DNA of 64,000 nt from Acidimicrobiales bacterium (lineage in GTDB: Bacteria > Actinomycetota > Acidimicrobiia > Acidimicrobiales > SZUA-35). Shown here piece by piece: positions 18,681 to 27,399 of this stretch. The stretch spans positions 14,527 through 78,526 of the forward strand of contig JBBKXQ010000008.1 in the NCBI GenBank assembly GCA_037969565.1. Direction: 5' to 3'. Numbering within the stretch: position 1 is the stretch's first letter; each line of letters opens with the position of its first letter. Position numbers and translations under genes: made by a program. Under the pieces are notes generated by a model. It made no database searches and was not told the DNA's origin. It worked only from the letters and a program-made list of their open reading frames with translations.

Positions 18681-20099
18681 ATGAGTGTCAAGTCATCCGG
18701 GCCGCGGCGTCCGAAGCGTCCGAAGCGCAAGCCGAGTACGCCGTGGCGGGGTCGCGTCGTCTACTCACCCAGAGACGGAGGATACGCCCGCCGGCCCGGC
18801 GAGATCCTGAGCCGGGACGCCGTCTCTCGGGATCGGATCAACAGGATCGTCGGCCTGCAAGAGGTACGCACGATCGATACGGGAGATGGCGAACGCGAAT
18901 ACCTGCATCGATTCGAGGAGCGCACGAAACTCACCGTCGAGGACGTCATCGACAAACTGCACTTCGAGCAGCTGTCCGGCGAACCGAACTACGTGATGTT
19001 CGCCAATCCGATCTACGCCAATCCCGTCTATGCGAACCCGGTCTATGCCAACCCGGTCTATGCGAATCCAGCCGACGAACAAGCGAGCGGTCAGTTCGCC
19101 AACCCGGTATATGCGAACCCGGTGTATGCGAGCCCGGTCTATGCCAACCCTGTCTACGCCAATCCGATCTACGCCAACGCCTACATCTGCGATGGCACTC
19201 GCCCGAGCACGGCTCGGCCTGCGCAAAGACCAGACCGCAAAGGTCCACCCCATTACGGCAAAATCGCCGGGAGGGGCCGTGCCGTCATCTTCGATACGGG
19301 AATCTCCAAGCCGAAGTTCTGTCCGCCGATGCTGCGAACGCTGAGTGATCGCAATCGCGACGAATGGGAAGTGCCCGACAACGGCAAGGTCGGGAAAGGT
19401 GACGGGTTCCTCGACCCGGTGAGTGGTCACGGCACCTTCATCGCTGGCATCATTCAGACGCTGGCGCCGGGAACCAAGATCCTTCCCCGCAACATCATCA
19501 CGTCATTCGGCGATGTGGACGTCTTCACCGTGGTCTCGTGGGTGGCCCGGCTTCTGGCACAGGGAAAATTCGACAAACACACGGTCGTCAACATGTCGTT
19601 CGGCGGCTACGCAGACCGAAACATGGATTCGCTCCAACGGGCCGTTCGGAGAATCCAACGGCAGAAAGCGGTCGTGGTCGCGTCGGCTGGCAATGATGCG
19701 ACGAGCCGCCCGATGTTTCCGGCCTGCCTCCCGGGCGTCGTCGGCGTGGCCGCCCTCGGGCGTCATGGTCGGGCTCCCTTCTCGAATCACGGACCCTGGG
19801 TGAGCGCCTGTGCGCCGGGCACGGACCTCGTGAGCGCCTTCTATCGATACAACGGCGACATGGAGCTCTTCCCGATGCCGGGAAGCGCCGACCCCGATGA
19901 GTACGAGAACTGGGCTCGGTGGACCGGCACGAGCTTTGCGGCACCGATCGTCGTGTCCGCACTGCTCCAACACATGCGATTGACGGGGTGCACGGCTCGG
20001 AAGGCAGCCGATCGCGTCGTGTATGCGCCCGGCCTGTTCCGGTTGCCGGACATGGGCACGGTCGTCAATCTCGACCTGGGGGATCGGTTCTGTTTCTGA
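18681..20099 (+). CDS. Subtilase (peptidase S8) lacking a signal peptide, with prodomain-like N-terminus and an ANP[VI]Y repeat linker
   Basis: ATG at 18681 lies 13 nt after the upstream stop and is preceded by GAGAGGG. Triad contexts VIFDTGI (Asp), GHGTFIAG (His), GTSFAAP (Ser). The N-terminus is basic (GPRRPKRPKRKP) and not hydrophobic. Confidence 0.8.
   Translation: MSVKSSGPRRPKRPKRKPSTPWRGRVVYSPRDGGYARRPGEILSRDAVSRDRINRIVGLQEVRTIDTGDGEREYLHRFEERTKLTVEDVIDKLHFEQLSGEPNYVMFANPIYANPVYANPVYANPVYANPADEQASGQFANPVYANPVYASPVYANPVYANPIYANAYICDGTRPSTARPAQRPDRKGPPHYGKIAGRGRAVIFDTGISKPKFCPPMLRTLSDRNRDEWEVPDNGKVGKGDGFLDPVSGHGTFIAGIIQTLAPGTKILPRNIITSFGDVDVFTVVSWVARLLAQGKFDKHTVVNMSFGGYADRNMDSLQRAVRRIQRQKAVVVASAGNDATSRPMFPACLPGVVGVAALGRHGRAPFSNHGPWVSACAPGTDLVSAFYRYNGDMELFPMPGSADPDEYENWARWTGTSFAAPIVVSALLQHMRLTGCTARKAADRVVYAPGLFRLPDMGTVVNLDLGDRFCF
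19002..19178 (+). repeat. In-frame 15-bp tandem repeat encoding ANP[VI]Y x4, a 12-aa spacer, then x5 plus degenerate ends
   Basis: Blocks at 19002-19061 and 19098-19172. Copies differ mainly at synonymous positions (gcc/gcg, aat/aac, ccg/ccc/cct, gtc/gta/gtg, tac/tat). Confidence 0.95.
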
Positions 20100-20353
20100 C
20101 AGTGCGCGGGTCCGCCTTCAGCCTGCTCTCGCCGCCTATGGGGAGGCATCCATCCGGTCGAAGATGGCCATCAGTTGCCGCAGCGGTGATGGCGGCCGTC
20201 ACGAGCGGGGTGGTTCGCCGGCTGAGAAAGTCCATCATCTGACACCTCAGAGCTGCATCCCGTCGCTCGTCTGGCCTTTTGCCGGCGTCATTTGGTCGGT
20301 GGCTCGACCGAAGCTGTCTTCGTCTGCGGAAGTCCCCGGCCGCCGGCCAACAG

Positions 20354-21553
20354 TCAGTTAGACCTGCCGGCGATGCGTTTGCGCCGTGGGCCGAGGCGAT
20401 GGGCGATGGGGTCTGCGGCCCGGGCGATGAGTGGGCCTCCGATTGCGAGGATCAGGACGTAGGCCGCAGCGAGTGGTCCGAGGTCCGGTTCGATGCCCTC
20501 CGCCACCGCGATGCCCGCGATCACGATGGAGAACTCTCCTCTTGCGATCAGCGTCGCACCGGCTCGGAGCCGGCCGGGTGTGCTGATACCAGCTTGCTTC
20601 GCGCTCCACCACCCGGTGGCCAGTTTGGTTGCCGCGGTGACGACGGCAAGGCCCAGGGCGAGCGCGAGGGCGGGAGGTAGCTCGGCTGGGTTGATTTGCA
20701 GACCGAAGAAGGCGAAGAACATCGCGGCGAAAAGATCTTTGAGTGGGCCGAGGACGTTTCGGGCAGCATGCTCGGCCGGTCCGTTGAGGGCGATCCCCAC
20801 GAGGAAGGCACCGACGGCGGCGGATGCCTGGAGGTGTTCGGCGATTCCGGCGACGAGGAGGGCGACTCCGAGGAGGCTGAGCAGGAGGTTCTCGTCCGAT
20901 CGGTTGAAGACGATCGCGCTGATTCGGTTTCCGAATTTGATGGCCAGCACGAGCGCTGTCATCACGGCGGCGACGGCGATCGTGACTTCGAGGCCGACGT
21001 CGATGGCGTCACCTCCGATGAGCAGGCCGGCCATGAGCGGGAGGTAGAGGGCCATGACGAGGTCTTCAGTGACGAGAATGGCGAGGACGATGGGCGTTTC
21101 TCGGTTACCGGTGTTGCCGAGATCCGAGAGGACTTTGGCGATGATGCCGGATGACGAGATGTAGGTGATGCCTCCGAGAAGCAGCGAGGCCCGGAAGTCC
21201 CACCCGAGGACAACACCGAGAAGCAGGCCGGGTGTGAAGTTCAGGGCGAGGTCGACGGCACCGGCCGGTGCGTGGTCGCGAAGCGCTGCAGTGAGTTCTC
21301 GGCCGGTGTATTCCAGCCCGAGGAGGAGAAGCAGGAGGATGACACCGATCTGGGCGGCGCTTTCGATGAAGTCGCGGGCAGTGACGAGTTCGAAGAAGCC
21401 GCCTTCACCGACCGCGAGTCCGGCCAAGAGATACAGGGGGATCGAGGGGATTCCTGCTCGGGCTGCGAGTCGGCCAAGAAGGGCGAGCGCAACCAGGATG
21501 GCGCCCAGCTCGACCAGCAGCGTTGCCGCGCCAGGCGAAGCGGCGAAGATCAT
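20354..21553 (-). CDS. Cation:proton antiporter (CPA2/Kef-type)
   Basis: Polytopic 399-aa protein with N-terminus LLVELGAILVALALLGRLAARAGIPSIPLYLLAGLAVG, typical of Na+/H+-exchanger family members. Confidence 0.8.
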   Translation of the reverse strand: MIFAASPGAATLLVELGAILVALALLGRLAARAGIPSIPLYLLAGLAVGEGGFFELVTARDFIESAAQIGVILLLLLLGLEYTGRELTAALRDHAPAGAVDLALNFTPGLLLGVVLGWDFRASLLLGGITYISSSGIIAKVLSDLGNTGNRETPIVLAILVTEDLVMALYLPLMAGLLIGGDAIDVGLEVTIAVAAVMTALVLAIKFGNRISAIVFNRSDENLLLSLLGVALLVAGIAEHLQASAAVGAFLVGIALNGPAEHAARNVLGPLKDLFAAMFFAFFGLQINPAELPPALALALGLAVVTAATKLATGWWSAKQAGISTPGRLRAGATLIARGEFSIVIAGIAVAEGIEPDLGPLAAAYVLILAIGGPLIARAADPIAHRLGPRRKRIAGRSN

Positions 21554-22041
21554 GGCGCGTTCGGGGCGAGGAGTTTTGCGGCAGCGTCGATGCCGGCGGG
21601 GGTTCCCACGACGACAGCAGTGTCGTCGACAAGGAGTGTTTCTTCCGGTCCGGGAGCGGGCAGGGGCCGGTCGCCCCGGACGATGGCCACGATGGACACA
21701 CCGGTACGGCTGCGAAGCGCGGTGTCGCCGATCGTGCGGTCGGCATAGGGACTGTGAGGGGAGATCGGGAGCCAGTCGATGGCGAGACCGGCGATCTCTT
21801 GGCGGAGATCGTCGAGGCGCTGTGTGACCGTGCTGCCGCCGAGCAGGTCGGCCAGGACCCGCGCCTCGTCTGGGGTCATGGCTACGGATTCGCTGACCCG
21901 GTCGGGGTCGTCGGGGTCATAGATGACCAGTTCACGACGATCGCTGTGGTGGGAGATGACGCCGATTCGATCGCCGCTCTGGCATTCGAAGTCGTGGAGA
22001 GTCCCGACTCCGGGCAGTTTCGTTTCGTTGATCTGGGTCAT
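21550..22041 (-). CDS. Antiporter regulatory subunit with TrkA-C domain (KhtT-like)
   Basis: MTQINETKLPGVGTLHDFE N-terminal domain plus a TrkA-C-like C-terminus (LRSRTGVSIVAIVRG...LLVDDTAVVVG). Overlaps the antiporter start. Confidence 0.7.
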   Translation of the reverse strand: MTQINETKLPGVGTLHDFECQSGDRIGVISHHSDRRELVIYDPDDPDRVSESVAMTPDEARVLADLLGGSTVTQRLDDLRQEIAGLAIDWLPISPHSPYADRTIGDTALRSRTGVSIVAIVRGDRPLPAPGPEETLLVDDTAVVVGTPAGIDAAAKLLAPNAP

Positions 22042-22274
22042 GGGTCTTCAGGTTGCTCGCCTCGAGCGCTATCGGCAAATAGGACGAAGGAACGCTCGCC
22101 ATCGGACCCGACGTTTTCTCGTCCACCACCTGGCGTTCCTGTCCGCTGCGGCGCCCAACGGTGGTGAGACGCAATGCACCCCAACCGGCACACCGCCCTC
22201 CGACTTCCCGCCTTCGGTCCAACGGCGTGTCATAGAGCGCATCACCGTGATCGGCGATCGCCCATTCTGACTTG

Positions 22275-23162
22275 TCAGCAGCCGCCGGGACCGAACGAAA
22301 CCCGGAGCACCACTGCTTCCCAAACCGACCCGTCCCTGGCACTGCGACTGAGAAACACCACAGCGCCTGATCCCGAACCGGGATCAGCGAACGACACAAG
22401 GCCGTCAAACGGCAGCATCTCGGATCCGCCCCCGGTGACAGCCGTGGTGGCGAGTGGCGCTTCGATGCCATCGGCTCGTACCTGGACCTCGACATTGCCT
22501 TCAAACGTGAAGGCTTGGCCTGACACTGCGAGTGGCGAATCTATCTCGCACAATGCGGTCGGCTCGTCGACGCTGATGTTCTGTGTCGCCGAACCCAAGA
22601 TCCACCACGTGTCGTCCGTCCCGAGAAGGCGAATGAACACCGTGGTCACAGGGCCGTCAGCCATCGGCTGGACCTCGACCTCGCCGGATCGGCTGTCACC
22701 CTGTAGGAACTCGCCCATCACCGGATCGGTGAAACCGAGGAAGTGTTCGGCGAAGCCCGTCGCCGCTTCAACAGGATCGTCATACCGGGTCTCGGAATTG
22801 AACCATGGCCACACGGCCGTCGAGTACTCACTCGGGATCGTGCTGGTCGAGCTTGGCGCGATGGTCGTAGTGGAGTCGGTGGTGGTCGACGAGTCCGATG
22901 TCGTCGTCTCCTCGCTGGTGGAGGACGTTGCTTCTGTTGTCGTTGACTCGGCTTGCGATGTCGTTGACTCGGCGGTGCTCGACGTTGTGATGTCGACGGC
23001 GTCGATGGTCTCGCTGTCATCCCTGAACAACAGCAACAGCACGCCGGCCAAGATCGCCACCAGCACCACCCCCACCGCCCCGAGGATCCAAGGAGGAACC
23101 GCAATCCGTTTCCGGCCGCCGCCGCCGCTTGGCCCGCCGGAGTCGGAAATCTGACCAGTCAT
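22275..23162 (-). CDS. Membrane-anchored Ser/Thr-rich protein with Gmad2-like Ig domain
   Basis: Single TM (WILGAVGVVLVAILAGVLLLLF), a long S/T-rich linker, and a C-terminal LAVSGQAFTFEGNVEVQVRADG resembling the Gmad2 Ig-like domain. Confidence 0.5.
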   Translation of the reverse strand: MTGQISDSGGPSGGGGRKRIAVPPWILGAVGVVLVAILAGVLLLLFRDDSETIDAVDITTSSTAESTTSQAESTTTEATSSTSEETTTSDSSTTTDSTTTIAPSSTSTIPSEYSTAVWPWFNSETRYDDPVEAATGFAEHFLGFTDPVMGEFLQGDSRSGEVEVQPMADGPVTTVFIRLLGTDDTWWILGSATQNISVDEPTALCEIDSPLAVSGQAFTFEGNVEVQVRADGIEAPLATTAVTGGGSEMLPFDGLVSFADPGSGSGAVVFLSRSARDGSVWEAVVLRVSFGPGGC

Positions 23163-23265
23163 GGGGAATCCTTTCGATCAGATCTTCTGTCCATTCCAGT
23201 CCGATCTTCCCGAGGCGGTATCCGCAGAGCACAAGGTCATCCGTCTCTGCCTCGGATGGTATTCC

Positions 23266-23928
23266 TCACTCGTCGCGAACAGAGGGCGCTTTCCGGGGGG
23301 CGGTCGCTCGGTCCAACAGCGCGATCACCTGCTCGTCGCTTGTCTGGCTGAAGTCGCGATAGAACCGGCCGATACTCGAGAACTCTTCGGGTGCGGCCAG
23401 GGAGATGAACTCGTCGGCTGCCCCGGCGAGCCGACGTGTCCAGTCGGCGGGAGCAACGGGCACGGCGAGAATCACCCGCCGAGCACCCTCCGCTCGGGCG
23501 ACCTCACACGCAGCCTTGGCAGTCGATCCAGTGGCGATGCCATCGTCGACGATCACGACCGTTCGTCCTGACAACGGAACTCGAGTGCGGCCGCGGCGGT
23601 ACCGGAGCGACCGGCGGACCAACTCCGCACCCTCTTCGGTCTCGACGGCGGCCAGCTCCTCGTCGCTGACACGCGCCATCGAAACGACCTCGTGATTGAT
23701 GACCTTCACACCGTCTTCCCCGATTGCTCCCATCGCCAGTTCCGGCTGCACGGGGACGCCGAGCTTCCTGACGAGAATCACATCGAGTGGTGCACCGAGA
23801 GCCAGCGCAACCTCGTAGGCCACGGGCACACCACCACGCGGCAGTCCGACAACGACAACTTCGGAGGTGGCGAGATGCTCCAGCCGGGTAGCGAGTTGGT
23901 TGCCTGCGTCGACGCGGTCGCGGAACAT
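23266..23928 (-). CDS. Phosphoribosyltransferase family protein
   Basis: Starts MFRDRVDAG. PRPP-binding loop VVIVDDGIATGST, plus VVGLPRGGVPVA. Confidence 0.8.
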   Translation of the reverse strand: MFRDRVDAGNQLATRLEHLATSEVVVVGLPRGGVPVAYEVALALGAPLDVILVRKLGVPVQPELAMGAIGEDGVKVINHEVVSMARVSDEELAAVETEEGAELVRRSLRYRRGRTRVPLSGRTVVIVDDGIATGSTAKAACEVARAEGARRVILAVPVAPADWTRRLAGAADEFISLAAPEEFSSIGRFYRDFSQTSDEQVIALLDRATAPRKAPSVRDE

Positions 23929-23986
23929 GTTGACTCCGACTCTGGTGCAAATCCTTGGCGTTGGGAAGGACCCCAAGCGTTCAGGT

Positions 23987-24385
23987 CTACGGTCCGGTTC
24001 GCCTCGCTACCGGGAGGAAGGCCCGAAGGAGATCGAAGCTGCTGACGATCCCGACCGTACCGCCGTCTCCGTCGACGATCAGATGATGGACCTGTCGGCT
24101 GAGCATTTTCTCTGCCGCATCGGCGAGCGTCGCTCCCTGATCGATTCGAATCGGTGACGACTGCATCACGTCGGCCACGGGAACATGGTCTGGCCAGTCA
24201 TCGACGAGATCAGTGCTGGTGATGATTCCGACCACGACACCATCCTCGACGACGGGTAGTGCGTTGATGTGCACACCAATCATCAGATCGCGGGCCCGAC
24301 CGACCCGATCAGAGGCGTGGACGGTCAAGATGTCCTCGGTCATCAAATCACTGACGAAATGGGCTATCTGTTCGCTTTTCATCAT
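23987..24385 (-). CDS. CBS-pair domain protein
   Basis: Starts MMKSEQIAHFVSDLMTEDILTV. Two CBS motifs (LPVVEDGVVVGIITSTDL and HHLIVDGDGGTVGIVSSFDLL). Confidence 0.8.
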   Translation of the reverse strand: MMKSEQIAHFVSDLMTEDILTVHASDRVGRARDLMIGVHINALPVVEDGVVVGIITSTDLVDDWPDHVPVADVMQSSPIRIDQGATLADAAEKMLSRQVHHLIVDGDGGTVGIVSSFDLLRAFLPVARRTGP

Positions 24386-24420
24386 GGTTCCATCTGACGC
24401 CGAGTTGCCGCTGCGTGATA

Positions 24421-24434
24421 GGGCCGTTGGTCCC
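24421..24434 (-). promoter_or_regulatory. DosR/DevR-like box B1 (GGGCCGTTGGTCCC)
   Basis: 14-bp quasi-palindrome. Its centre lies 42.5 nt upstream of the CBS start codon at 24385. Confidence 0.55.
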
Positions 24435-24455
24435 GGTGCGGAATACACCGATCGC

Positions 24456-24469
24456 GGGACGTTCTGCTC
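24456..24469 (+). promoter_or_regulatory. DosR/DevR-like box B2 (GGGACGTTCTGCTC)
   Basis: Conserved distal half-site GGGAC. Centre is 42.5 nt upstream of GTG 24505, with GACGAT at -12..-7. Confidence 0.45.
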
Positions 24470-24504
24470 TCCCCGAGCCCCGAACAATTCCTGACGATGA
24501 AACG

Positions 24505-25431
24505 GTGACTTCCCGGCAACTCGTCATCCTGGGATCATCCAGCCAAGTGCCAACAAGGGACCGCGCCCAGAATGGCTACGCAGTTCAGTGGGATGAGCAG
24601 CTGTTTCTGTTCGATCCGGGCGAGGGATTTCACCGTCAGACACTCTTGGCCGGAGTGGCGATCTCACGAGCGAACGCGCTGTTCATCTCGCACTTTCACG
24701 GAGATCACTGCCTTGGCTTGCCGGGCCTCATCCATCGCCGCTTGCTCGAACCCGGCGTCCCTCTCTTGCCGACCTTCTATCCCTCCGAAGGCGAGGGAAT
24801 CCTCGACATGCTGATGCACGCAAGTTTCGACAGCACCCCTCCGGCGCTCGAGCTACGTCCGGTGATGGGTTCGGGCTCGCTCGGCCATTTGGGTGACCTC
24901 GAAATCACCGCTGCTCGTCTCGAGCATCCCGCGCCGACCTACGGGTATCGGATCTCGGAGGTTGACTCGATCGGATTCGATGCACGAAAGCTGAAAGCGG
25001 CCGGTCTGACCGGGAAGGCGGTCGGCGATCTCGAGCGCGACGGGAAGGTCATGACGCCGCAGGGCCGTCTTCACCGCGCTGATTTCGAACAACCCCGACC
25101 TGGCCAGTCGATTGCATTCGTCATGGACACCGCATTCTGTGATGCTGCTCTGACGCTCGCCCACGGAGTGGACCTTCTGATCTGCGAAGCGACTTTCCTC
25201 GAAAGTGATCGACGGCTTGCCGACGAATCTGGCCACATGACAGCCCGCGACGCCGGGCGGCTGGCGAGCGAGGCGGGAGCACGTCGGGTGGTCCTCTCCC
25301 ACTTCTCGGCTCGATACTCCGATGCAGCCAAGTTCGGCGAGGAAGCAGGCGAGCTGCACCCGGATGTCGTCGTGGCTCGTGACCTGGCTCGGATTCCGTT
25401 CCCGTTGCGGGTCCCGAGGGGAAAGGCCTGA
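24505..25431 (+). CDS. MBL-fold hydrolase, ribonuclease Z/BN-like
   Basis: LVILGSSSQVPTRDRAQNGY...LFDPGEG and the HxHxDH motif ISHFHGDHCLG. GTG 24505 was chosen because the annotated upstream part overlaps the promoter boxes. Confidence 0.7.
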   Translation: MTSRQLVILGSSSQVPTRDRAQNGYAVQWDEQLFLFDPGEGFHRQTLLAGVAISRANALFISHFHGDHCLGLPGLIHRRLLEPGVPLLPTFYPSEGEGILDMLMHASFDSTPPALELRPVMGSGSLGHLGDLEITAARLEHPAPTYGYRISEVDSIGFDARKLKAAGLTGKAVGDLERDGKVMTPQGRLHRADFEQPRPGQSIAFVMDTAFCDAALTLAHGVDLLICEATFLESDRRLADESGHMTARDAGRLASEAGARRVVLSHFSARYSDAAKFGEEAGELHPDVVVARDLARIPFPLRVPRGKA

Positions 25432-25461
25432 CAACCTTGGCGGGAAGTCGGTTGGAGACAA

Positions 25462-25998
25462 CTAGAGGTTGAGCTGGCGGCACCGCCGGGCGAGCATGGT
25501 TCCCCATTCCTCGGCCCGTTCCTCCTCGCCGACGAGAAGTGGCCCGTCGCTCCCGTCGAGCAGGAAGCTTTCGGGACCTTCCATCGGCGTGAAGCCGTGG
25601 CGATGGAGACGCCGGGCGATTCCCCGGGCGGCCGATCCTGTCAGGATCGAGGGTTTGTTGATTCGGGTGTCGAACGCCAAGCCCATCTGACTGGATGCCC
25701 GCGGCAGCGAGTCGAGCCAATCCCGAAGCGCGGGAGCGGTCGCGGAATCGTCGAGCTCGACATCAGGGCTTTCGGCGGCGTGTTTGATCGCCACCAGACG
25801 GCTCGATTCGGTTGCGATGCCGTGCTGATGTGTCGGCCCTCCGACCACGACCACATCGGCCCCGACGATCTCGTCAACAGTGATGTCGTCCGTACCCCCG
25901 ACCTTGATGGGACCGACCTTGCCCAGACCTCGGGCGATTGCCTCGGCAATCGTGTGCGTATGGCCGTACATCGATTCGTAAACCAGGACTGACTTCAT
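25462..25998 (-). CDS. Flavodoxin-fold protein
   Basis: Starts MKSVLVYESMYGHTHTIAEAIARGL, a flavodoxin-like FMN phosphate-binding N-terminus. Confidence 0.7.
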   Translation of the reverse strand: MKSVLVYESMYGHTHTIAEAIARGLGKVGPIKVGGTDDITVDEIVGADVVVVGGPTHQHGIATESSRLVAIKHAAESPDVELDDSATAPALRDWLDSLPRASSQMGLAFDTRINKPSILTGSAARGIARRLHRHGFTPMEGPESFLLDGSDGPLLVGEEERAEEWGTMLARRCRQLNL

Positions 25999-26096
25999 TT
26001 CGGAACTCCTCTCGGCTCTCGCCAACGACACGACGAGTCGATGGCCTGTCGTCACATTGACGCCACGTGCCCGGCCGGAGCAGAGGCGAAGGTCGG

Positions 26097-27293
26097 CTAT
26101 TTCGCTGGGCCCGACGGAGCATCGGAATTCGGCGTCACCAGGTGACGGAGAATGACGGCAACGCCGCCAGCGCCCACCCGATCGTCATCGGGCGGCGAAA
26201 CAATCACGCGGGCTCCCGTTTCCAGCGCTCGCTGAACGGCGAAATCGAACCAGTCGTGGGATGGCATTCGGTCGGCGACGAAGAGGGTGTCGACCGTGCC
26301 GGCGGTGATGTAGTCGATGGCACCCGCCAAACCCCGCACGGCTCGACCGCCGATCCGAAGTCCCGAGACCAATCGGTCGAGGGCCTCGTTGATGGTTTGT
26401 GTTGTAGCGGATTCAACGGCTGCGATTGCAGCCAGCCGAATCCGATCGACCGACTCGGGCTCGTGCCGTCCCCCTGCTTCGGCCTTCAGAGCCGACCAAC
26501 GAACGTCTTCGGGCAGTTGGGCCAGGATGAATACGCAGGCCCGCACATCACCGGAGATCACGACGTGTTTCGTCCCGAGCTCGGCCGCCAGCTTGTCCAA
26601 CTTGTCGGCAACGAGTGCGGCGTTTGCCTCCCAGACTTGTTCCGCTCGGGTCTGATAACGGTGTTGCGACCACCCTCCCTGTGCCGCTCGGTGGATGAAT
26701 TCCTCTTGACCGGTCACGGTTGCCACTTGGTCGATCCCAGCAGGCGACACCGCGAAGATGTCGGCGCCGACTCGATCGGCCAACGCCGCGAGTGTCAGAT
26801 CGTGACGGGCAAGCTCGGCCATCACCGGCACGAGTCGGGGCAGTCGTCCAACCACGGCCGCTTCGCGATCTCGGTCCTGTTCGTTTCGCAGCTGGCAGAA
26901 GGCCGAACTGTCGCGGTTTGCCGTGACGAGAACGGTGCCTCCGTCCGGTGGCAGTTGGCGTACCAACTGGTCCATTTGTGCGAGCGCTGCATCGGGGGCG
27001 CCGCGATGGCGAAGTTGAACCTGGCGTGAGTGCCAGCGGCTCTCGAGCGCATCCGGACCTGACCCGGGCCGTGGTGGCCGGATGATGGTTGTGAGATGGG
27101 GACCCGGGAGGCGATAGCGATCCAGGACGTCTGAAGTTGTACGAAGCTCGTAGTCCAGTCTCCGTTGTGTCTGGGTGAGTGGCATGTCTTGACCCCCTTG
27201 GCTGTGTCCGGTCAAGGTAGGAAACGGCTCGCTCATCGCCCAGGGTCGAAGGTCACTGACCCAGTCGTCCCCCGGAAAGTTCTCTGAACACAA
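26097..27293 (-). CDS. Bacterial eRF1-like (baeRF / Vms1-Ankzf1-like, Rv2629-type) protein
   Basis: FIHRAAQGGWSQHRYQTRAEQ aligns by eye with the eRF1 GGQ loop (KHGRGGQSALRFARLR). The C-terminal region resembles eRF1 domain 3. Start uncertain (27293, 27236 or 27185). Confidence 0.6.
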   Translation of the reverse strand: MCSENFPGDDWVSDLRPWAMSEPFPTLTGHSQGGQDMPLTQTQRRLDYELRTTSDVLDRYRLPGPHLTTIIRPPRPGSGPDALESRWHSRQVQLRHRGAPDAALAQMDQLVRQLPPDGGTVLVTANRDSSAFCQLRNEQDRDREAAVVGRLPRLVPVMAELARHDLTLAALADRVGADIFAVSPAGIDQVATVTGQEEFIHRAAQGGWSQHRYQTRAEQVWEANAALVADKLDKLAAELGTKHVVISGDVRACVFILAQLPEDVRWSALKAEAGGRHEPESVDRIRLAAIAAVESATTQTINEALDRLVSGLRIGGRAVRGLAGAIDYITAGTVDTLFVADRMPSHDWFDFAVQRALETGARVIVSPPDDDRVGAGGVAVILRHLVTPNSDAPSGPAK

Positions 27294-27304
27294 ATCGAGG
27301 AGGC

Positions 27305-27318
27305 GGGCCCTTCGACCC
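27305..27318. promoter_or_regulatory. DosR/DevR-like box B3 (GGGCCCTTCGACCC)
   Basis: Located in the divergent region between the eRF1-like gene and ppdK, 88 nt (centre) upstream of the ppdK ATG. Confidence 0.4.
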
Positions 27319-27399
27319 TACGGGGCACGGATCTAGCTCGACAGCATGGGGGGCAGGCCCCGGGACGCGCCCGAGGTGATCAGAAAGGTCGCGATCGCC

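Noticed and set aside
19002-19178. Regular 15-bp tandem repeats could be mistaken for a CRISPR-like or minisatellite array.
   Set aside because: The repeat unit is far too short and has no spacers. It lies in frame inside a subtilase ORF and encodes a conserved pentapeptide.
20150-20254. Small minus-strand ORF (MMDFLSRRTTPLVTAAITAAATDGHLRPDGCLPI, 34 aa) in the gap after the subtilase; considered as a possible peptide substrate or RiPP precursor.
   Set aside because: No ribosome-binding site is seen. It is convergent rather than co-directional with the protease and has no recognisable leader or core features. It cannot be supported from sequence alone.
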